From NCBI GenBank assembly GCA_964252035.1, contig OZ176208.1: 64,000 nucleotides of DNA; one strand, written 5' to 3'. The translations under genes were made by a program, and so were the position numbers. Source of the stretch: Podarcis erhardii (taxonomy: Eukaryota). This document shows, piece after piece, positions 61,301 through 64,000 of the stretch. Under the pieces are notes generated by a model. It was given only the letters and a program-made list of their open reading frames with translations, made no database searches and was not told the DNA's origin. The stretch's first letter is position 1. Each line of letters opens with the position of its first letter.

Positions 61301-62255
61301 TTTTGAGCTTCCCATTTGTATCTGAGTCACTGATAATGCAGCAATATGCCAACCAGTGTAGGGTGTTTGGGCTCTTGCATCCCAAGCATGAGCTGTTGAC
61401 TGGCAAGGTTTACAGATGACCACTATATGAGACCTGGCCAAGTCAGAGGCAGTGTGTATTCATCTTCCTGCTTCTAACTGGCGGGATTGCTTGCTTGACA
61501 TGAGAGCACACCCTCAGAATTCTCTTGCACCACTGAGATTGCAATATTCAGAGCTCAGTGGCTCCCTCCATTTACACCTCAGCAAATGCCTGGCATTGAC
61601 ACATGCTAAGCATTGGTCATAGAAGGCTTCCCCATTAACTTTGATGGAACAAGCATTTGAGTTCCCTGTTAAGAAAGCACTGTCCAACAAAACTGAATAT
61701 AGGACTTGGGAAGAACCATGGATGATATCAGAGGTTTCTTCGAAGTTTCAACTGCATCTACCTGTACTGCTGAAGAGGCAAGCTGCATTTTAAAAACATC
61801 TTGACTCCTCATCAATGTGAGCTGCTGTAATTAAAACTTCCAAGAGTTCTACGTTTTTCCTGTTTTGCACCTGCAGCTTAGGTGTAGGAAACTTTGACTC
61901 TCCAGATATTGCTGAACTACAGCTCCCATTATCTCTCACCACTAGCCATGCTGGCTGGGGTTGAAGGGAATTGTAGCTCAGTGACACCTGGAGGGCTAAA
62001 GGTTCCCCAAACCTACCATGGCTTTATTGAATGTGATATTTAATTCCCTTTTGCAATGTATATTATTCCATGTTTTCCAAATTACATAGCTGAATATACT
62101 AATGAAGGATGCTAAAATGAAACGTAACTATCTTCTCTAGAGAACAATATGTTACCACTACTGCCATGTTTCACTTATTACTTCTACTTTCAGGAACCTC
62201 CAGAAGAACAAAATTCTTTGGTACTTTCCCTGGAAACTATGTCAAGAGGCTGTGA
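163..62255 (+). CDS. SORBS2: Spliced CDS span of SORBS2 (ArgBP2/nArgBP2), 5'-incomplete; 23 exons, 5082 nt if all are included
   Basis: Translated exons match the recalled SORBS2 sequence: SoHo ([43 protein letters not shown]), [36 protein letters not shown], the poly-His exon, three SH3 domains and the C-terminus [20 protein letters not shown]. All junctions are AG/GT and phase-consistent. Confidence 0.97.
3374..3515 (+). CDS. SORBS2: Exon [27 protein letters not shown]...RTM (phase 0-1)
   Basis: ctctcag|gct ... atgg|gtgagt; corresponds to human [26 protein letters not shown]. Confidence 0.95.
3690..4055. repeat. GC-rich unclassified interspersed repeat remnant
   Basis: Abrupt GC rise within an AT-rich intron; ends caggtgcccaggcacc...ggagttggtgccagtg, loosely similar to about 7950-8020. 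Family not identified. Confidence 0.35.
4517..4692 (+). CDS. SORBS2: Exon with the start of the SoHo domain ([12 protein letters not shown]...[31 protein letters not shown])
   Basis: tttgtag|aat ... acg|gtagga; phase 1-0; SoHo signature. Confidence 0.97.
5200..5482 (+). promoter_or_regulatory. Inferred internal promoter / 5' UTR of the MKAAEPLQ isoform
   Basis: GC-elevated, CTG/CAG-rich stretch directly upstream of the alternative ATG; boundaries are inferred. Confidence 0.45.
5483..5506 (+). CDS. SORBS2: Coding part of an internal alternative first exon, MKAAEPLQ
   Basis: aggATGaaggcagcagagcccttgcag|gtgaac; equivalent to the MKATTPLQ start of short mammalian ArgBP2/sorbin isoforms; phase 0 joins TVDRPKDWY. 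Confidence 0.85.
7082..7300 (-). mobile_element. Old L2 RT fragment
   Basis: Minus ORF reads [24 protein letters not shown]...[11 protein letters not shown], collinear with [13 protein letters not shown]...LNPDKTEVL in the 31.1-kb L2. Confidence 0.8.
10200..10440 (+). mobile_element. tRNA-derived SINE with an L2-type tail (exact family name uncertain)
   Basis: A box tggtgtagtgg, B box ggttcgattcc, tail gccgctttgagactcc...ccaaactctt repeated; ctagaat flanks both sides (10193-10199, 10441-10447). Confidence 0.88.
12030..13070 (+). mobile_element. Old degraded L2 LINE fragment
   Basis: Remnants VLLDLLAV...INHSLLL (LLDLSAAFDTIDH-like), gtgccacaggattccatt (VPQGSI-like), MKPWGEII, tatgctgatgac (YADD) and caggtgcacagtttagaggttatcctggactc; frameshifted. 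Confidence 0.8.
13322..13388 (+). CDS. SORBS2: SoHo exon [22 protein letters not shown]
   Basis: tttttag|aca ... cctg|gtatgt; phase 0-1; identical to the recalled mammalian peptide. Confidence 0.98.
14902..14946 (+). CDS. SORBS2: 45-nt exon [15 protein letters not shown] (phase 1-1)
   Basis: tttgtag|atg ... actg|gtagga; human [15 protein letters not shown]. Confidence 0.95.
17123..17300 (+). CDS. SORBS2: Exon [30 protein letters not shown]...[19 protein letters not shown]
   Basis: ttattag|gta ... gagaa|gtaagc; phase 1-2; proline-rich, homologous to human. Confidence 0.95.
17491..18195 (+). mobile_element. 5'-truncated L1-clade LINE 3' end
   Basis: [37 protein letters not shown] resembles the L1 ORF2 C-terminus; A/C-rich strand; A8 at 18187-18194; 12-bp direct repeat atctaaactgct at 17479-17490 and 18196-18207. 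Confidence 0.8.
18434..18548 (+). CDS. SORBS2: Exon [38 protein letters not shown]
   Basis: atcttag|aaa ... ccg|gtaagt; phase 2-0. Confidence 0.98.
20475..20724. mobile_element. Tc1/mariner (Tigger/pogo-like) MITE
   Basis: TIRs cagtggaacctcgg / ccaaggtttcactg; TA on the right flank. Confidence 0.85.
21317..21388. repeat. Compound microsatellite (TG)n-(CA)n-(GA)n
   Basis: Seen directly. Confidence 0.95.
24529..24780. mobile_element. hAT (Charlie-like) MITE
   Basis: TIRs caggggtgggcaacct / aggttgctgacccctg; 8-bp TSD gtgtatag / gtgtatgg. Confidence 0.9.
24923..25280 (-). mobile_element. CR1 LINE 3' fragment
   Basis: cagaatcagaattatagagttggaaggga...catctagttcaacccc is the reverse of the typical CR1 terminus. 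Confidence 0.8.
25803..25894. repeat. Compound microsatellite G-run-(GA)n-(GGAA)n
   Basis: Seen directly. Confidence 0.95.
27981..28064 (+). CDS. SORBS2: Cassette exon [28 protein letters not shown] (84 nt, phase 0-0)
   Basis: ttcttccag|acg ... ccg|gtaagt; the [14 protein letters not shown] motif is shared with SORBS1. Confidence 0.93.
29097..29153 (+). CDS. SORBS2: Cassette exon [19 protein letters not shown] (57 nt, phase 0-0)
   Basis: atgcag|cct ... gag|gtaaat; human PPKKPLDYVQDHSSGVFNE. Confidence 0.9.
30584..30650 (+). mobile_element. CR1 extreme 3' end
   Basis: ttggactagatgacccttgaggtcccttccaactctacaattctatgatt. Confidence 0.8.
31122..32121 (+). mobile_element. 5'-truncated young L2 LINE (RT C-terminal part, 3' UTR, (TAT)n tail)
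   Basis: [62 protein letters not shown] in an uninterrupted frame to TGA 31989-31991; tail gccgcccagagtggc...aataataaa(tta)n. Confidence 0.95.
32993..33400 (+). mobile_element. CR1 LINE 3' end interrupted by an L2 tail
   Basis: (S)[17 protein letters not shown] then [insert] [11 protein letters not shown], followed by the CR1 UTR ending ggctcttcttatg. Confidence 0.8.
33048..33177 (-). mobile_element. L2 3' end nested in the CR1
   Basis: Reverse complement ccctgtttagggaagtttttaat...gccgcccagagtgactggggaaacccagccagataggcggggtataaataataaa matches about 31963-32075. Confidence 0.9.
33462..33640 (+). mobile_element. Degraded Squam3-like tRNA SINE (partial copies also near 14682-14715, 48405-48485 and 57425-57540)
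   Basis: gggactgtagctcagtagtggagc...cagaaggtgccaggtttaattcc head; the other copies carry the gctagatggaccattggtc-type body. Confidence 0.65.
34948..34997 (+). CDS. SORBS2: Exon [16 protein letters not shown] (phase 0-2)
   Basis: cctccag|act ... ctag|gtaaga; human ASLYQSSIDRSLERPM. Confidence 0.9.
36053..36240 (+). CDS. SORBS2: Exon [19 protein letters not shown]...[11 protein letters not shown] (phase 2-1)
   Basis: tttccttag|ttc ... aaag|gtaaga; RKRRKSEP motif conserved with human. Confidence 0.93.
36411..36764. mobile_element. Tc1/mariner MITE
   Basis: TA|cagtggtacct ... aggcaccactg|TA; internal cgcaagacgaaaa subterminal repeats. Confidence 0.9.
37444..37520. repeat. Short palindromic interspersed repeat (similar copies near 2615-2680, 6135-6215 and 16630-16690)
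   Basis: tgcaatccta...agtaagtaccattgatttcaatgaggcttac...aggattgca; imperfect inverted symmetry that recurs in the window. Confidence 0.55.
37753..39333 (+). CDS. SORBS2: Large 1581-nt exon (nArgBP2-type insert, 527 codons, phase 1-1) with a His10 tract
   Basis: ttataaag|gtg ... caag|gttgat; lies inside ORF 37554-39338; matches human GGDDSKIC...[19 protein letters not shown]...HHHH...[17 protein letters not shown]. Confidence 0.95.
40616..41006 (+). mobile_element. Full-length Sauria SINE
   Basis: gggatgtgggtggcgctgtggtctaaacc head, (accttt)n-type tail, about 17-bp TSD cttttactc[c/t]tcctcat at 40598-40614 and 41002-41018. Confidence 0.92.
41615..41700 (+). CDS. SORBS2: Exon [29 protein letters not shown] (phase 1-0; NAGNAG acceptor at 41612/41615)
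   Basis: ttttcag|tag|acc ... gag|gtattt; human [30 protein letters not shown]. Confidence 0.93.
41828..42023. mobile_element. Tc2-like MITE
   Basis: TA|ccatatatactcacgtataagcc ... ggcttactcgagtgtacatgg|TA; internal gagtataagccg repeat. Confidence 0.8.
42884..42930 (+). CDS. SORBS2: SH3-1 start, [16 protein letters not shown]
   Basis: catttcag|aga ... ctaa|gtaagt; phase 0-2. Confidence 0.97.
43454..43673. mobile_element. Tc1/mariner MITE
   Basis: TA|cagtggtacctt ... gaggtacgactg|TA. Confidence 0.88.
44183..44321. other. Assembly gap (139 N) in an intron within SH3-1
   Basis: Run of N. Confidence 0.99.
44396..44510 (+). CDS. SORBS2: SH3-1, [38 protein letters not shown]
   Basis: gttacag|gga ... 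gag|gtttgt; phase 2-0. Confidence 0.98.
44613..44741 (+). CDS. SORBS2: Linker and SH3-2 start, [43 protein letters not shown]
   Basis: ctttccag|aaa ... aag|gtaagc; phase 0-0. Confidence 0.98.
45030..45155 (+). mobile_element. CR1 3' UTR remnant
   Basis: gtgctgttgcactcaggtcc...ggactaaataggcctttggcc...ctcttcttatg; same family as 33.3 kb and 58.0 kb. Confidence 0.65.
45564..45767 (+). CDS. SORBS2: SH3-2 end, [38 protein letters not shown]...[11 protein letters not shown]
   Basis: ctttccag|gga ... aag|gtaagg; phase 0-0. Confidence 0.98.
46397..46703. mobile_element. Tc1/mariner MITE of the same family as 36411-36764, opposite orientation
   Basis: TA|caatggtgcctcgcaagacg ... cgtcttgcggggcaccactg|TA. 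Confidence 0.9.
49309..49352. repeat. (GT)16(AC)6 self-complementary microsatellite
   Basis: Seen directly, 60 nt upstream of the 49413 acceptor. Confidence 0.95.
49413..50219 (+). CDS. SORBS2: Putative 807-nt cassette exon (269 aa, Pro/Ser-rich then acidic) between SH3-2 and SH3-3
   Basis: Long pyrimidine tract, tttctcaag|ttg ... aaagag|gtattt; open frame (ORF 49413-50321); phase 0-0. Confidence 0.8.
52185..52379 (+). CDS. SORBS2: Putative 195-nt cassette exon [16 protein letters not shown]...[11 protein letters not shown] (phase 0-0)
   Basis: tgtttaag|cca ... aag|gtaaca; open in ORF 52176-52406. Confidence 0.65.
54400..54507 (+). CDS. SORBS2: Putative 108-nt cassette exon [36 protein letters not shown] (phase 0-0)
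   Basis: tttttccag|gcc ... agg|gtatgg; 36 open codons, CpG-containing coding-like sequence. Too short for the ORF track. Confidence 0.75.
56713..56762 (+). CDS. SORBS2: Exon [17 protein letters not shown] (phase 0-2)
   Basis: catttcag|cca ... aacc|gtaagt; human PQRPVFTHENIQGGGEP. Confidence 0.96.
58025..58160 (+). mobile_element. CR1 3' UTR remnant
   Basis: gagagtgctgttgcactcag...cactgtgagaacagaatg...gggctcttcttat. Confidence 0.65.
58812..60280 (-). mobile_element. Solo LTR interrupted by a hAT element
   Basis: Starts tgtcagg and ends catgaga (TG..CA with one change); 5-bp TSD gggag at 58807-58811 and 60281-60285; minus-strand AATAAA (tttatt 58875-58880). Confidence 0.75.
58929..59847. mobile_element. 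Non-autonomous hAT element nested in the LTR
   Basis: TIRs taggcttgggcaatat / atactgcccagcccta; diverged 8-bp TSD ctcttccc / gtcttgcc (6 of 8 match). Confidence 0.75.
60892..60998 (+). CDS. SORBS2: SH3-3, [36 protein letters not shown]
   Basis: gtttaag|gtt ... gtgg|gtatgt; phase 2-1. Confidence 0.98.
61880..62013. mobile_element. Short degraded hAT-type MITE (related remnant near 50930-51040)
   Basis: aggtgtaggaaacttt...gaactacagctccc...gggaattgtagctc...aaggttccccaaacct; internal inverted symmetry. Confidence 0.6.
62194..62255 (+). CDS. SORBS2: Last coding exon [20 protein letters not shown]
   Basis: ctttcag|gaa ... ctg TGA (62253-62255). Confidence 0.98.
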
Positions 62256-64000
62256 AATGTTGCTTATTTTTTTCCTACTTATTTATGCTGCATTTCTGCA
62301 ACACATCTGCATATAAAGCTGCTAGAAAACATGCTCCACCAGTCTTCTGTTTTGCTGCTTTGCAATTCCAGGTAGAAGTCATCTAGTTCATCCTCACCAT
62401 TCCCATCCTCATCCGCCAGCCAGCAGTATTACCGTAACAGCTACAATGGGATAACTCAGCTTTTATGAAACAAGAGGAATTAGTTCAACCTTTAGTACAT
62501 CTTTTTCTGTGTGCATTAAATATTTGCCTGCCCTTACCAATCTGAAATATGCCAAGAAGAAAAAGCTTAATGGAAGGTACTTTGTGACACTCCAAGTGGT
62601 TATCCATATCATTTGAGGGAAATTGCAGTACTGTCCTTAAGAAAAATGTTTTATCTTCTTTCCCCTCATATATAGAACAGGTTGTGGCTTACTTTTCAAC
62701 CATTGTTTTGAGTTTTCACATTCTTTTTAAGCTCAGCAGCATATGTTGCTTTTACGTTGCTATGTCACACATTTGCCTGTTTTTAACTCATTTGCAATAT
62801 AGAATAATCACTCAGACATATAGCTTCCATGGTCTTGTATGTTGCAACATATGCAGAGTGGTTATAAAATTTTGAGCAGGAATAATTCAAAAGGGGAATT
62901 ACTCTTAATAGTTGACAAGCCATGATTTCTGGTTGGATCTCAAAGATTTCATGAGGCTTGAGTGAACGGAGGTCATACATTGGTTAAATCCCCCGTTTCC
63001 ACAGCTAAGAGCAGCTTCATGCATGAAGCTATTTGCAAATACAGTAAGCACAACTTGCACTTCCTGCATCTGTACACATTAATGTCCGGGAGGGCATGCA
63101 GATGTTCCTAAAGCAGTGTTCTCTCTCCATAGAGAAAATATGTGAGTTATACATTAATGATGTGCACAAAGACAGGAAGCAGATGAAATGCATCTTCTGT
63201 ATTTGCATATGTTAATGCCCTAAGTCAGGAGAGAAGTATGCATGTCTTTGCAAGAAGAAGTAGATCTTCCTACTGCAAGTGCAGCATACACCTCTGTCTC
63301 TCTCTACAGGGAAAATGTTCAAAGGCCCCACTTCCAACATCAGTTATATGGGCAAACTTATCCCAAAGGAATCCATGTTTACTGCTTAATATTAAAGAAG
63401 TGTACAAAACAAAACAAAAATACTGGGAAACAATTAAGCAAACCAATAATGAAATTGTTGATGTTGTATGCTTCTCTACTACATCAAAAATAACCTGAGT
63501 TCAACAGAATAACTGAAAGTCTAGTACAGTATTCAACATTCATTTATCATACAAAGTTTCTGCAACAAAAAAACCAATATCCAGTGCACAATTTTACTGC
63601 AACACCGAGTTGGGGGAATTCTGCAGAAAGTATCACACAATGCTTTTATTTTTTCCTACATATGTATACACATACATTAATAAACCTGAACAATATTTCC
63701 TTCCTGGCCCTCCAGCATTAAAAGAAAGAAACAGAAAGGCACAAAAATGAACACAGGTACATTTGGGTGGATGTAATGAAATAGTATCAAATATTTGAAT
63801 TTAGTATTTGTTTTCCTTATGCAAAGAGAGGCATCAATAGTGTATGAGGGAAAACACATGATTTCCCGCATCAATGGCTTTTGCTGGCACCATATAGAAG
63901 GCAAAAACAAAACAAAACCCTTTTCTGGGTAAATGACAGATCTTCTCACAAATATTTGTAGTCTTGTAGCATTTTGTACATATGTTTGGTTTTTTTGTAC
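62256..64000 (+). other. SORBS2: SORBS2 3' UTR (probably continues past the window)
   Basis: Follows the stop codon; AT-rich with no recognisable transposon; AATAAA at 63679-63684. Confidence 0.8.
63679..63684 (+). terminator. Candidate polyadenylation signal AATAAA
   Basis: Canonical hexamer in the 3' UTR; use not demonstrable from sequence alone. Confidence 0.35.

Noticed and set aside
1-64000. CRISPR array, prokaryotic operon, defence system or viral insertion
   Set aside because: No regularly spaced repeats, no gene-dense region and no viral ORFs; the window is a spliced vertebrate gene with ordinary squamate repeats.

Overview
Vertebrate genomic DNA from a squamate reptile, probably a lacertid lizard (inferred from the Sauria SINE, Squam3-like SINE, L2, CR1 and TcMar/hAT MITE content). 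Almost the whole window is the middle and 3' part of one + strand gene, SORBS2 (ArgBP2/nArgBP2; sorbin and SH3 domain-containing protein 2). I traced 23 phase-compatible coding exons by hand from 163 to the TGA stop at 62253-62255. They total 5082 nt (1694 codons) if all are included and cover the SoHo domain, the 1581-nt poly-His exon and three SH3 domains. There is also an internal alternative first coding exon (MKAAEPLQ, 5483-5506) and a 3' UTR running to the window end. The true 5' end of the gene lies upstream of the window. Introns hold LINE fragments, SINEs, MITEs, a solo LTR with a nested hAT element, microsatellites and one 139-nt N gap. I found no prokaryote-type system, CRISPR array or second gene, and nothing I can honestly call a new biological system. 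The most interesting signals are at isoform level: a three-exon, 370-aa in-frame cassette between SH3-2 and SH3-3, candidate truncating exons, and a sorbin-like short product. Exon boundaries were read by eye and need RNA-seq confirmation.
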